A DNA stretch of 64,000 nucleotides from Eledone cirrhosa (lineage: Eukaryota): positions 432,326,001 through 432,390,000 of the forward strand of contig OZ024740.1 of the NCBI GenBank assembly GCA_964016885.1. Direction: 5' to 3'. Below the pieces are notes generated by a model, which had not been told where the DNA came from, did no database searches, and was given only the letters and a program-made list of their open reading frames with translations. A program made the position numbers and the translations under genes. Shown one piece after another: positions 1 through 15,000 of this stretch; within the stretch, counting starts at the first letter, position 1, and every line of letters begins with the position of its first letter.

Positions 1-3000
1 ACCTGTCTCATGACGTGGGTGACAAGGTACGGCCAACTGGCCAGACTTGTCCCATGACGTGGGTGACAAGGTACGGCCAATTGGCCAGACTTGTCCCATG
101 ACGTGGGTGACAAGGTACGGCCAATTGGCCAGACTTGTCTCATGACGAAGGTGACAAGGTACGGCCAACTGGCCAGACCTGTCTCATGACGTGGATGACA
201 AGGTATGACCAACTGGCCAGACTTGTCTCATGACGTAGGTGACAAGGTACGGCCAATTGGCCAGACTTGTCTCATGACGTAGGTGACAAGGTACGGCCAA
301 CTGGCCAGACCTGTCTCATGACGTGGATGACAAGGTATGGCCAACTGGCCAGACTTGTCTCATGACGTAGGTGACAAGGTACGGCCAACTGGCCAGACCT
401 GTCTCATGACGTGGGTGACAAGGTACGGCCAACTGGCCAGACCTGTCTCATGACGTGAGTGACAAGGTACGGCCAACTGGCCAGACCTGTCTCATGACGT
501 GGGTGACAAGGTACGGCCAACTGGCCAGACCTGTCTCATGACATGAGTGACAAGGTACGGCCAACTGGCCAGACCTGTCTCATGACGTGAGTGACAAGGT
601 ACGGCCAAGTGGCCAGACTTGTCTCATGACGTGGGTGACAAGGTACAGCCAACTGGCCAGACTTGTCTCATGATGTACGTGACAAGGTACGGCCAACTGG
701 CCAGGCTTGTCTCATGACGTAGGTGACAAGGTACGGCCAACTGGCCAGACCTGTCACATGACGTAGGTGACAAGGTACGGCCAACTGGCCAGACATGTCT
801 CATGACGTGGGTGACAAGGTACGGCCAACTGGCCAGACTTGTCTCATGACGTGGGTGACAAGGTACGGCCAACTGGCCAGACTTGTCTCATGACGTAGGT
901 GACAAGGTACGGCCAATTGGCCAGACTTGTCTCATGACGTAAGTGACAAGGTACGGCCAATTGGCCAGACCTGTCTCATGACGTGAGTGACAAGGTACGG
1001 CCAATTGGCCAGACCTGTCACATGACGTAGGTGACAAGGTACGGCCAACTGGCCAGACATGTCTCATGACGTGAGTGACAAGGTACGGCCAATTGGCCAG
1101 ACTTGTCTCATGACGTGAGTAACAAGGTACGGCCAACTGGCCAGACTTGTCTCATGACGTGGGTGACAAGGTACGGCCAACTGGCCAGACCTGTCTCATG
1201 ACGTGAGTGACAAGGTACGGCCAACTGGCCAGACTTGTCTCATGACGTGAGTGACAAGGTACGGCCAACTGGCCAGACTTGTCTCATGACGTAGGTGACA
1301 AGGTACGGCCAACTAGCCAGGGTTGTCTCATGACGTGGGTGACAAGGTACGGCCAACTGGCCAGACCTGTCTCATGACGTGAGTGACAAGGTACGGCCAA
1401 CTGGCCGGGCTTGTCTCATGACGTGGGTGACAAGGTATGGCCAACTGGCCAGGCTTGTCTCATGACGTGAGTGACAAGGTACGGCCAACTGGCCAGACTT
1501 GTCTCATGACTTGGGTGACAAGGTATGGCCAACTGGCCAGGCTTGTCTCATGACGTGAGTGACAAGGTACGGCCAACTGGCCAGACCTGTCTCATGACGT
1601 GGGTGACAAGGTATGGCCAACTGGCCAGGCTTGTCTCATGACGTGAGTGACAAGGTACGGCCAACTGGCCAGACCTGTCTCATGACGTGGGTGACAAGGT
1701 ATGGCCAACTGGCCAGGCTTGTCTCATGACGTGGGTGACAAGGTACGGCCAACTGGCCAGACCTGTCTCATGACGTGGGTGACAAGGTATGGCCAACTGG
1801 CCAGGCTTGTCTCATGACGTGGGTGACAAGGTACGGCCAACTGGCCAGACTTGTCTCATGACTTGGGTGACAAGGTACGGCCAACTGGCCAGACCTGTCT
1901 CATGATGTTGGTGACAAGGTACGGCCAACTGGCCAGACCTGTCTCATGACGTGGGTGACAAGGTACGGCCAACTGGCCAGACCCGTCTCATGACGTGGGT
2001 GACAAGGTACGGCCAACTGGCCAGACTTGTCTCATGACTTGGGTGACAAGGTACGGCCAACTGGCCAGGCTTGTCTCATGATGTGGGTGACAAGGTACGG
2101 CCAACTGGCCAGACCTGTCTCATGACGTGGGTGACAAGGTACGGCCAACTGGCCAGACCTGTCTCATGACGTGGGTGACAAGGTACGGCCAACTGGCCAG
2201 ACCTGTCTCATGACGTGGGTGACAAGGTACGGCCAACTGGCCAGACCTGTCTCATGACGTGGGTGACAAGGTACGGCCAACTGGCCAGGCTTGTCTCATG
2301 ACATGGGTGACAAGATATGGCACACTGGCCAGGCTTGTCTCATGACGTGGGTGACAAGGTACGGCCAACTGGCCAGACCTGTCTCATGACGTGGGTGACA
2401 AGGTACGGCCAACTGGCCAGACCTGTCTCATGATGTGGGTGACAAGGTACGGCCAACTGGCCAGACTTGTCTCATGACGTGAGTGACAAGGTACGGCCAA
2501 CTGGCCAGACTTGTCTCATGACGTGGGTGACAAGGTACGGCCAACTGGCCAGACCTGTCTCATGAAGTGGGTGACAAGGTACGGCCAACTGGCCAGACCT
2601 GTCTCATTAAGTGGGTGACAAGGTACGGCCAACTGGCCAGACCTGTCTCATGAAGTGGGTGACAAGGTACGGCCAACTGGCCAGACTTGTCTCATGATGT
2701 TGGTGACAAGGTACGGCCAACTGGCCAGACTTGTCTCATAACGTGGGTGACAAGGTACGGCCAAGTGGCCAGACTTGTCTCATGACGTGGGTGACATGGT
2801 ACGGCCAAGTGGCCAGACTTGTCTCATGACGTGGGTGACAAGGTACGGCCAACAGGCCGGACTTGTCTCATGACTTGGGTGACAAGGTACGGCCAACTGG
2901 CCAGGCTTGTCTCATGATGTGGGTGACAAGGTACGGCCAACTGGCCAGACTTGTCTCATGACTTGGGTGACAAGGTACGGCCAACTGGCCAGACTTGTCT

Positions 3001-6000
3001 CATGACGTGAGTGACAAGGTACGGCCAACTGGCCAGACTTGTCTCATGACGTGGGTGACAAGGTACGGCCAACTGGCCAGACTTGTCTCATGACGTAGGT
3101 GACAAGGTACAGCCAATTGGCCAGACTTGTCTCATGACGTGGGTGACAAGGTACGGCCAACTGGCCAGACTTGTCACATGACGTGGGTGACAAGGTACGG
3201 CCAACTGGCCACACCTGTCTCATGACGTAGGTGACAAGGTACGGCCAACTGGCCGGGCTTGTCTCATGACGTGGGTGACAAGGTACGGCCAACTGGACAG
3301 ACTTGTCTCATGACGTGAGTGACAAGGTACGGCCAACTGGCCAGACTTGTCTCATGACGTGGGTGACAAGGTACGGCCAACTGGCCAGATTTGTCTCATG
3401 ACATAGGTGACAAGGTACGGCCAACTGGCCAGACTTGTCTCATGACGTGGGTGACAAGGTACGGCCAACTGGCCGGGCTTGTCTCATGACGTGGGTGACA
3501 AGGTACGGCCAACTGGCCAGATTTGTCTCATGATGTGGGTGACAAGGTACGGCCAACTGGCCAGACTTGTCTCATGACGTGGGTGACAAGGTACGGCCAA
3601 CTGGCCAGACCTGTCTCATGACGTGGGTGACAAGGTACGGCCAACTGGCCGGGCTTGTCTCATGACGTGGGTGACAAGGTACGGCCAACTGGCCAGACCT
3701 GTTTCATGATGTGGGTGACAAGGTACGGCCAACTGGCCAGACTTGTCTCATGACGTGGGTGACAAGGTACGGCCAACTGGCCAGACCTGTCTCATGACGT
3801 GGGTGACAAGGTATGGCCAACTGGCCAGGCTTGTCTCATGACTTGGGTGACAAGGTACGGCCAACTGGCCAGACTTGTCTCATGACGTAGGTGACAAGGT
3901 ACGGCCAACTGGCCAGGCTTGTCTCATGACGTAGGTGACAAGGTACGGCCAACTGGCCAGACCTGTCTCATGACGTGGGTGACAAGGTACGGCCAACTGG
4001 CCACACCTGTCTCATGACTTGGGTGACAAGGTACGACCAATTGGCCAGACTTGTCTCATGACGTGGGTGACAAGGTACGGCCAACTGGCCAGACTTGTCT
4101 CATGACGTATGTGACAAGGTACGGCCAACTGGCCAGGCTTGTCTCATGACGTAGGTGACAAGGTACGGCCAACTGGCCAGAGCTGTCACATGACGTAGGT
4201 GACAAGGTACGGCCAACTGGCCAGACTTGTCTCATGACGTGGGTGACAAGGTACGGCCAATTGGCCAGACTTGTCTCATTACGTAGGTGACAAGGTACGG
4301 CCAACTGGCCAGACCTGTCTCATGACGTGGGTGACAAGGTACGGCCAACTGGCCAGACCTGTCTCATGACGTGAGTGACAAGGTACGGCCAATTGGCCAG
4401 ACTTGTCTCATGACGTGAGTGACAAGGTACGGCCAACTGGCCAGACCTGTCTCATGACGTGGGTAACAAGGTACGGCCAACTGGCCAGACCTGTCTCATG
4501 ACGTGAGTGACAAGGTACGGCCAACTGGCCAGACTTGTCTCATGACGTGAGTGACAAGGTACGGCCAACTGGCCAGACCTGTCTCATGACGTAGGTGACA
4601 AGGTACGGCCAACTGGCCGGGCTTGTCTCATGACGTGGGTGACAAGGTACGGCCAACTGGCCAGACCTGTCTCATGACGTAGGTGACAAGGTACGGCCAA
4701 CTGGCCGGGCTTGTCTCATGACGTGGGTGACAAGGTACGGCCAACTGGCCAGACTTGTCTCATGACGTGAGTGACAAGGTACGGCCAACTGGCCAGACCT
4801 GACTCATGACGTGGGTGACAAGGTACGGCCAACTGGCCAGACTTGTCTCATGACGTGGGTGACAAGGTACGGCCAACTGGCCAGACTTGTCTCATGACGT
4901 GGGTGACAAGGTACGGCCAACTGGCCAGACTTGTCTCATGACGTGAGTGACAAGGTACGGCCAACTGGCCAGACTTGTCTCATGACGTGAGTGACAAGGT
5001 ACGGCCAACTGGCCAGACTTGTCTCATGACGTAAGTGACAAGGTACGGCCAATTGGCCAGACCTGTCTCATGACGTAGGTGACAAGGTACGGCCAACTGG
5101 CCAGACTTGTCTCATGACTTGGGTGACAAGGTACGGCCAACTGGCCAGACCTGTCTCATGACGTAGGTGACAAGGTACGGCCAACTGGCCAGGCTTGTCT
5201 CATGATGTGGGTGACAAGGTACGGCCAACTGGCCAGACCTGTCTCATGACGTGAGTGACAAGGTACGGCCAACTGGCCAGGCTTGTCTCATGACGTGGGT
5301 GACAAGGTACGGCCAACTGGCCAGGGTTGTCTCATGACGTGGGTGACAAGGTACGGCCAACTGGCCAGACCTGTCTCATGACGTAGGTGACAAGGTACGG
5401 CCAACTGGCCAGGCTTGTCTCATGACGTGGGTGACAAGGTACGGCCAACTGGCCAGGGTTGTCTCATGACGTGGGTGACAAGGTACGGCCAACTGGCCAG
5501 ACCTGTCTCATGACGTAGGTGACAAGGTACGGCCAACTGGCCAGACTTGTCTCATGACTTGGGTGACAAGGTACGGCCAACTGGCCAGACCTGTCTCATG
5601 ACGTAGGTGACAAGGTACGGCCAACTGGCCAGGCTTGTCTCATGATGTGGGTGACAAGGTACGGCCAACTGGCCAGGCTTGTCTCATGACGTGGGTGACA
5701 AGGTACGGCCAACTGGCCAGGGTTGTCTCATGACGTGGGTGACAAGGTACGGCCAACTGGCCAGACTTGTCTCATGACGTGGGTGACAAGGTACGGCCAA
5801 CTGGCCAGGGTTGTCTCATGACGTGGGTGACAAGGTACGGCCAACTGGCCAGGGTTGTCTCATGCCGTGGGTGACAAGGTACGGCCAAATGGCCAGACTT
5901 GTCTCATGACGTGGGTGACAAGGTACGGCCAACTGGCCAGGGTTGTCTCATGACGTGGGTGACAAGGTACGGCCAACTGGCCAGGCTTGTCTCATGACGT

Positions 6001-9000
6001 GGGTGACAAGGTACGGCCAACTGGTCAGACTTGTCTCATGAAGCGGGTGACAAGGTACGGCCAACTGGCCAGGCTTGTCTCATGATATGGGTGACAAGGT
6101 ACGGCCAACTGGCCAAACTTGTCTCATGATGTGGGTGACAAGGTACGGCCAACTGGCCAGACTTGTCTCATGACGTAGGTGACAAGGTACGGCCAACTGG
6201 CCAGGGTTGTCTCATGACGTAGGTGACAAGGTACGGCCAACTGGCCAGACCTGCCTCATGACTTGGCTGACAAGGTATGGCCAACTGGCCAGACCTGTCT
6301 CATGACGTGGGTGACAAGGTACGGCCAACTGGCCAGACCTGTCTCATGATGTGGGTGACAAGGTACGGCCAATTGGCCAGACTTGTCTCATGACTTGGCT
6401 GACAAGGTATGGCCAACTGGCCAGACCTGTCTCATGACGTGGGTGACAAGGTACGGCCAACTGGCCAAACTTGTCTCATGACGTGGGTGACAAGGTACGG
6501 CCAACTGGCCAGACTTGTCTCATGACATGGGTGAAAAGATATGGCCAACTGGCCAGGCTTGTCTCATGACGTGGGTGACAAGGTACGGCCAACTGGCCAG
6601 GCTTGTCTCATGACATGGGTGACAAGGTACGGCCAACTGGCCAGACCTGTCTCATGACGCGGGTGACAAGGTACGGCCAACTGGCCAGACTTGTCTCATG
6701 ACGTAGGTGACAAGGTACGGCCAACTGGCCAGACCTGTCTCATGATGTGGGTGACAAGGTACGGCCAACTGGCCAGACTTGTCTCATGACGTGAGTGACA
6801 AGGTACGGCCAACTGGCCAGACCTGTCTCATGACGTGGGTGACAAGGTACGGCCAACTGGCCAGGGTTGTCTCATGACGTGAGTGACAAGGTACGGCCAA
6901 TTGGCCAGACTTGTCTCATGACGTAGGTGACAAGGTACGGCCAACTGGCCAGACCTGTCTCATGATGTGGGTGACAAGGTATGGCCAATTGGCCAGACCT
7001 GTCTCATGACGTGGGTGACAAGGTACGGCCAACTGGCCAGACCTGTCTCATGATGTGGGTGACAAGGTACTGCCAACTGGCCAGACTTGTCTCATGACGT
7101 GAGTGACAAGGTACGGCCAACTGGCCAGACCTGTCTCATGATGTGGGTGACAAGGTACGGCCAACTGGCCAGACTTGTCTCATGACGTGAGTGACAAGGT
7201 ACGGCCAATTGGCCAGACTTGTCTCATGACGTAGGTGACAAGGTACGGCCAATTGGCCAGACTTGTCTCATGACGTAGGTGACAAGGTACGGCCAATTGG
7301 CCAGACTTGTCTCATGACGTAGGTGACAAGGTACGGCCAACTGGCGAGACTTGTCTCATGACGTGAGTGACAAGGTACGGCCAACTGGCCAGACCTGTCT
7401 CATGACCTGAGTGACAAGGTACGGCCAATTGGCCAGACTTGTCTCATGACGTAGGTGACAAGGTACGGCCAACTGGCCAGACCTGTCTCATGACATGGGT
7501 GACAAGGTACGGCCAATTGGCCAGACTTGTCTCATGACGTAGGTGACAAGGTACGGCCAATTGGCCAGACTTGTCTCATGACGTTGGTGACAAGGTACGG
7601 CCAATTGGCCAGACTTGTCTCATGACGTGAGTGACAAGGTACGGCCAACTGGCCAGGCTTGTCTCATGACGTGGGTGACAAGGTACGGCCAACTGGCCAG
7701 ACTTGTCTCATGACATGGGTGACAAGGTACGGCCAACTGGCCAGGGTTGTCTCATGACGTGGGTGACAAGGTACGGCCAACTGGCCAGGGTTGTCTCATG
7801 ACGTGGGTGACAAGGTACGGCCAAATGGCCAGACTTGTCTCATTACGTGGGTGACAAGATACGGCCAACTGGCTAGGGTTGTCTCATGACGTGGGTGACA
7901 AGGTACGGCCAACTGGCCAGGCTTGTCTCATGACGTGGGTGACTTGGTACGGCCAATTGGCCAGACTTGTCTCATGACGTGGGTGACAAGGTACGGCCAA
8001 CTGGCCAGGGTTGTCTCATGACTTGGGTGACAAGGTACGGCCAACTGGCCAGGTTTGTCTTATGACGTGAGTGACAAGGTACGGCCAACTGGCCAGACTT
8101 GTCTCATGACGTGGGTGACAAGATACGGCCAAATGGCCAGACTTGTCTCATGATGTGGGTGACAAGGTACGGCCAACTGGCCAGACTTGTCTCATGATGT
8201 GAGTGACAAGGTACGGCCAATTGGCCAGACTTGTCTCATGACGTAGGTGACAAGGTACGGCCAATTGGCCAGACTTGTCTCATGACGTAGGTGACAAGGT
8301 ACGGCCAATTGGCCAGACTTGTCTCATGACGTAGGTGACAAGGTACGGCCAATTGGCCAGACTTGTCTCATGACGTTGGTGACAAGGTACGGCCAATTGG
8401 CCAGACATGTCTCATGACGTGAGTGACAAGGTACGGCCAACTGGCCAGGCTTGTCTCATGACGTGGGTGACAAGGTACGGCCAACTGGCCAGACTTGTCT
8501 CATGACATGGGTGACAAGGTACGGCCAACTGGCCAGGGTTGTCTCATGACGTGGGTGACAAGGTACGGCCAATTGGCCAGGGTTGTCTCATGACGTGGGT
8601 GACAAGGTACGGCCAAATGGCCAGACTTGTCTCATGACGTGGGTGACAAGGTACGGCCAACTGGCCAGGCTTGTCATGACGTGGGTGACTTGGTACGGCC
8701 AATTGGCCAGACTTGTCTCATGACGTGGGTGACAAGGTACGGCCAACTGGCCAGGGTTGTCTCATGACGTGGGTGATAAGGTACGGCCAACTGGCCAGGG
8801 TTGTCTCATGACGTGGGTCACAAGGTACGGCCATCTGGCCAGACCTGTCTCATGACGTGAGTGACAAGGTACGGCCCAATGGCCAGACTTGTCTCATGAC
8901 GTGGGTGACAAGGTACGGCCAACTGGCCAGGGTTGTCTCATGACGTGGGTGACAAGGTACGGCCAATTGGCCAGACTTGTCTCATGACGTGAGTGACAAG

Positions 9001-12000
9001 GTACGGCCAAATGGCCAGACTTGTCTCATGACGTGGGTGACAAGGTACGGCCAACTGGCCAGACTTGTTTCATGACGTGGGTGACAAGGTACGGCCAATT
9101 GGCCAGACTCGTCTCATGACGTGGGTGACAAGGTACGGCCAATTGGCCAGACTTGTCTCATGACGTGAGTGACAAGGTACAGCCAACTGACCAGACTTGT
9201 CTCATGACATAGGTGACAAGGTACAGCCAACTGGCCAGACTTGTCTCATGACGTGGGTGACAAGGTACGGCCAATTGGCCAGACTTGTCTCATGACGTGA
9301 GTGACAAGGTACGGCCAACTGGTCAGACTTGTCTCATGACGTAGGTGACAAGGTACGGCCAACTGGTCAGACTTGTCTCATGACGTGAGTGACAAGGAAC
9401 GGCCAATTGGCCAGACTTGTCTCATGACGTGAGTGACAAGGAACGGCCAATTGGCCAGACTTGTCTCATGACGTGAGTGACAAGGTACGGCCAATTGGCC
9501 AGACTTGTCTCATGACGTGAGTGACAAGGTACGGCCAACTGGCCAGACCTGTCTCATGACGTTGGTGACAAGGTACGGCCATCTGGCCAGACCTGTCTCA
9601 TGACGTGGGTGACAAGGTACGGCCAATTGGCCAGACTTGTCTCATGACGTGGGTGACAAGGTACGGCCAACTGGCCAGGCTTGTCTCATGACGTGAGTGA
9701 CAAGGTACGGCCAATTGGCCAGACTTGTCTCATGACGTAGGTGACAAGGTACGGCCAATTGGCCAGACTTGTCTCATGACGTAGGTGACAAGGTACGGCC
9801 AATTGGCCAGACTTGTCTCATGACGTAGGTGACAAGGTACGGCCAACTGGCGAGACTTGTCTCATGACGTGAGTGACAAGGTACGGCCAACTGGCCAGAC
9901 CTGTCTCATGACCTGAGTGACAAGGTACGGCCAATTGGCCAGACTTGTCTCATGACGTAGGTGACAAGGTACGGCCAACTGGCCAGACCTGTCTCATGAC
10001 ATGGGTGACAAGGTACGGCCAATTGGCCAGACTTGTCTCATGACGTAGGTGACAAGGTACGGCCAATTGGCCAGACTTGTCTCATGACGTTGGTGACAAG
10101 GTACGGCCAATTGGCCAGACTTGTCTCATGACGTGAGTGACAAGGTACGGCCAACTGGCCAGGCTTGTCTCATGACGTGGGTGACAAGGTACGGCCAACT
10201 GGCCAGACTTGTCTCATGACATGGGTGACAAGGTACGGCCAACTGGCCAGGGTTGTCTCATGACGTGGGTGACAAGGTACGGCCAACTGGCCAGGGTTGT
10301 CTCATGACGTGGGTGACAAGGTACGGCCAAATGGCCAGACTTGTCTCATGACGTGGGTGACAAGATACGGCCAACTGGCTAGGGTTGTCTCATGACGTGG
10401 GTGACAAGGTACGGCCAACTGGCCAGGCTTGTCTCATGACGTGGGTGACTTGGTACGGCCAATTGGCCAGACTTGTCTCATGACGTGGGTGACAAGGTAC
10501 GGCCAACTGGCCAGGGTTGTCTCATGACTTGGGTGACAAGGTACGGCCAACTGGCCAGGCTTGTCTTATGACGTGAGTGACAAGGTACGGCCAACTGGCC
10601 AGACTTGTCTCATGACGTGGGTGACAAGATACGGCCAAATGGCCAGACTTGTCTCATGATGTGGGTGACAAGGTACGGCCAACTGGCCAGACTTGTCTCA
10701 TGACGTGAGTGACAAGGTACGGCCAATTGGCCAGACTTGTCTCATGACGTAGGTGACAAGGTACGGCCAATTGGCCAGACTTGTCTCATGACGTAGGTGA
10801 CAAGGTACGGCCAATTGGCCAGACTTGTCTCATGACGTAGGTGACAAGGTACGGCCAATTGGCCAGACTTGTCTCATGACGTTGGTGACAAGGTACGGCC
10901 AATTGGCCAGACATGTCTCATGACGTGAGTGACAAGGTACGGCCAACTGGCCAGGCTTGTCTCATGACGTGGGTGACAAGGTACGGCCAACTGGCCAGAC
11001 TTGTCTCATGACATGGGTGACAAGGTACGGCCAACTGGCCAGGGTTGTCTCATGACGTGGGTGACAAGGTACGGCCAATTGGCCAGGGTTGTCTCATGAC
11101 GTGGGTGACAAGGTACGGCCAAATGGCCAGACTTGTCTCATGACGTGGGTGACAAGGTACGGCCAACTGGCCAGGCTTGTCATGACGTGGGTGACTTGGT
11201 ACGGCCAATTGGCCAGACTTGTCTCATGACGTGGGTGACAAGGTACGGCCAACTGGCCAGGGTTGTCTCATGACGTGGGTGATAAGGTACGGCCAACTGG
11301 CCAGGGTTGTCTCATGACGTGGGTCACAAGGTACGGCCATCTGGCCAGACCTGTCTCATGACGTGAGTGACAAGGTACGGCCCAATGGCCAGACTTGTCT
11401 CATGACGTGGGTGACAAGGTACGGCCAACTGGCCAGGGTTGTCTCATGACGTGGGTGACAAGGTACGGCCAATTGGCCAGACTTGTCTCATGACGTGAGT
11501 GACAAGGTACGGCCAAATGGCCAGACTTGTCTCATGACGTGGGTGACAAGGTACGGCCAACTGGCCAGACTTGTTTCATGACGTGGGTGACAAGGTACGG
11601 CCAATTGGCCAGACTTGTCTCATGACGTGAGTGACAAGGTACAGCCAACTGACCAGACTTGTCTCATGACATAGGTGACAAGGTACAGCCAACTGGCCAG
11701 ACTTGTCTCATGACGTGAGTGACAAGGTACGGCCAACTGGCCAGGCTTGTCTCATGACGTGGGTGACAAGGTACGGCCAACTGGCCAGACTTGTCTCATG
11801 ACATGGGTGACAAGGTACGGCCAACTGGCCAGGGTTGTCTCATGACGTGGGTGACAAGGTACGGCCAACTGGCCAGGGTTGTCTCATGACGTGGGTGACA
11901 AGGTACGGCCAAATGGCCAGACTTGTCTCATGACGTGGGTGACAAGATACGGCCAACTGGCTAGGGTTGTCTCATGACGTGGGTGACAAGGTACGGCCAA

Positions 12001-15000
12001 CTGGCCAGGCTTGTCTCATGACGTGGGTGACTTGGTACGGCCAATTGGCCAGACTTGTCTCATGACGTGGGTGACAAGGTACGGCCAACTGGCCAGGGTT
12101 GTCTCATGACTTGGGTGACAAGGTACGGCCAACTGGCCAGGCTTGTCTTATGACGTGAGTGACAAGGTACGGCCAACTGGCCAGACTTGTCTCATGACGT
12201 GGGTGACAAGATACGGCCAAATGGCCAGACTTGTCTCATGATGTGGGTGACAAGGTACGGCCAACTGGCCAGACTTGTCTCATGACGTGAGTGACAAGGT
12301 ACGGCCAATTGGCCAGACTTGTCTCATGACGTAGGTGACAAGGTACGGCCAATTGGCCAGACTTGTCTCATGACGTAGGTGACAAGGTACGGCCAATTGG
12401 CCAGACTTGTCTCATGACGTAGGTGACAAGGTACGGCCAATTGGCCAGACTTGTCTCATGACGTTGGTGACAAGGTACGGCCAATTGGCCAGACATGTCT
12501 CATGACGTGAGTGACAAGGTACGGCCAACTGGCCAGGCTTGTCTCATGACGTGGGTGACAAGGTACGGCCAACTGGCCAGACTTGTCTCATGACATGGGT
12601 GACAAGGTACGGCCAACTGGCCAGGGTTGTCTCATTACGTGGGTGACAAGGTACGGCCAATTGGCCAGGGTTGTCTCATGACGTGGGTGACAAGGTACGG
12701 CCAAATGGCCAGACTTGTCTCATGACGTGGGTGACAAGGTACGGCCAACTGGCCAGGCTTGTCATGACGTGGGTGACTTGGTACGGCCAATTGGCCAGAC
12801 TTGTCTCATGACGTGGGTGACAAGGTACGGCCAACTGGCCAGGGTTGTCTCATGACGTGGGTGATAAGGTACGGCCAACTGGCCAGGGTTGTCTCATGAC
12901 GTGGGTCACAAGGTACGGCCATCTGGCCAGACCTGTCTCATGACGTGAGTGACAAGGTACGGCCCAATGGCCAGACTTGTCTCATGACGTGGGTGACAAG
13001 GTACGGCCAACTGGCCAGGGTTGTCTCATGACGTGGGTGACAAGGTACGGCCAATTGGCCAGACTTGTCTCATGACGTGAGTGACAAGGTACGGCCAAAT
13101 GGCCAGACTTGTCTCATGACGTGGGTGACAAGGTATGGCCAACTGGCCAGACTTGTTTCATGACGTGGGTGACAAGGTACGGCCAATTGGCCAGACTCGT
13201 CTCATGACGTGGGTGACAAGGTACGGCCAATTGGCCAGACTTGTCTCATGACGTGAGTGACAAGGTACAGCCAACTGACCAGACTTGTCTCATGACATAG
13301 GTGACAAGGTACAGCCAACTGGCCAGACTTGTCTCATGACGTGGGTGACAAGGTACGGCCAATTGGCCAGACTTGTCTCATGACGTGAGTGACAAGGTAC
13401 GGCCAACTGGTCAGACTTGTCTCATGACGTAGGTGACAAGGTACGGCCAACTGGTCAGACTTGTCTCATGACGTGAGTGACAAGGAACGGCCAATTGGCC
13501 AGACTTGTCTCATGACGTGAGTGACAAGGAACGGCCAATTGGCCAGACTTGTCTCATGACGTGAGTGACAAGGTACGGCCAATTGGCCAGACTTGTCTCA
13601 TGACGTGAGTGACAAGGTACGGCCAACTGGCCAGACCTGTCTCATGACGTTGGTGACAAGGTACGGCCATCTGGCCAGACCTGTCTCATGACGTGGGTGA
13701 CAAGGTACGGCCAATTGGCCAGACTTGTCTCATGACGTGGGTGACAAGGTACGGCCAACTGGCCAGGCTTGTCTCATGACGTGGGTGGCAAGGTACGGCC
13801 AACTGGCCAGGGTTGTCTCATGACGTGGGTGACAAGGTACGGCCAATTGGCCAGACTTGTCTCATGACGTGGGTGACAAGGCACGGCCAACTGGCCAGGG
13901 TTGTCTCATGACGTGGGTGACAAGGTACGGCCAATTGGCCAGGCTTGTCTCATGACGTGGGTGACAAGGCACGGCCAACTGGCCAGGGTTGTCTCATGAC
14001 GTGGGTGACAAGGTACGGCCAACTGGCCAGGGTTGTCTCATGACGTGGGTGACAAGGTACGGCCAACTGGCCAGACTTGTCTCATGACGTGAGTGACAAG
14101 GTACGGCCCAATGGCCAGACTTGTCTCATGACGTGGGTGACAAGGTACGGCCAACTGGCCAGGGTTGTCTCATGACGTGGGTGACAAGGTACGGCCAATT
14201 GGCCAGACTTGTCTCATGACGTGAGTGACAAGGTACGGCCAAATGGCCAGACTTGTCTCATGACGTGGGTGACAAGGTACGGCCAACTGGCCAGGGTTGT
14301 CTCATGACGTGGGTGACAAGGTACGGCCAAATGGCCAGGCTTCTCTCATGACGTGGGTGACAAGGTACGGCCAAATGGCCAGGCTTCTCTCATGACGTGG
14401 GTGACAAGGTACGGCCAACTGGCCAGGGTTGTCTCATGACGTGGGTGACAAGGTACGGCCAACTGGCCAGGCTTGTCTCATGACGTGGGTGACAAGGTAC
14501 GGCCAACTGGCCAGGGTTGTCTCATGACGTGGGTGACAAGGTACGGCCAATTGGCCAGACTTGTCTCATGACGTGGGTGACAAGGTACGGCCAACTGGCC
14601 AGGGTTGTCTCATGACGTAGGTGACAAGGTACGGCCAACTGGCCAGACCTGTCTCATGACGTGGGTGACAAGGTACGGCCAATTGGCCAGACTTGGCTCA
14701 TGACGTGGGTGACAAGGTACGGCCAACTGGCCAGGCTTGTCTCATGACGTGGGTGGCAAGGTACGGCCAACTGGCCAGGGTTGTCTCATGACGTGGGTGA
14801 CAAGGTACGGCCAACTGGCCAGACTTGTCTCATGACGTGGGTGATATGGTACGGCCAACTGGCCAGGGTTGTCACATGACGTGGGTGACAAGGTACGGCC
14901 AACTGGCCAGGGTTGTCTCATGACGTGGGTGACAAGGTACGGCCAAATGGCCAAACTTGTCTCATGACGTGGGTGACAAGGTACGGCCAACTGGCCAGGG

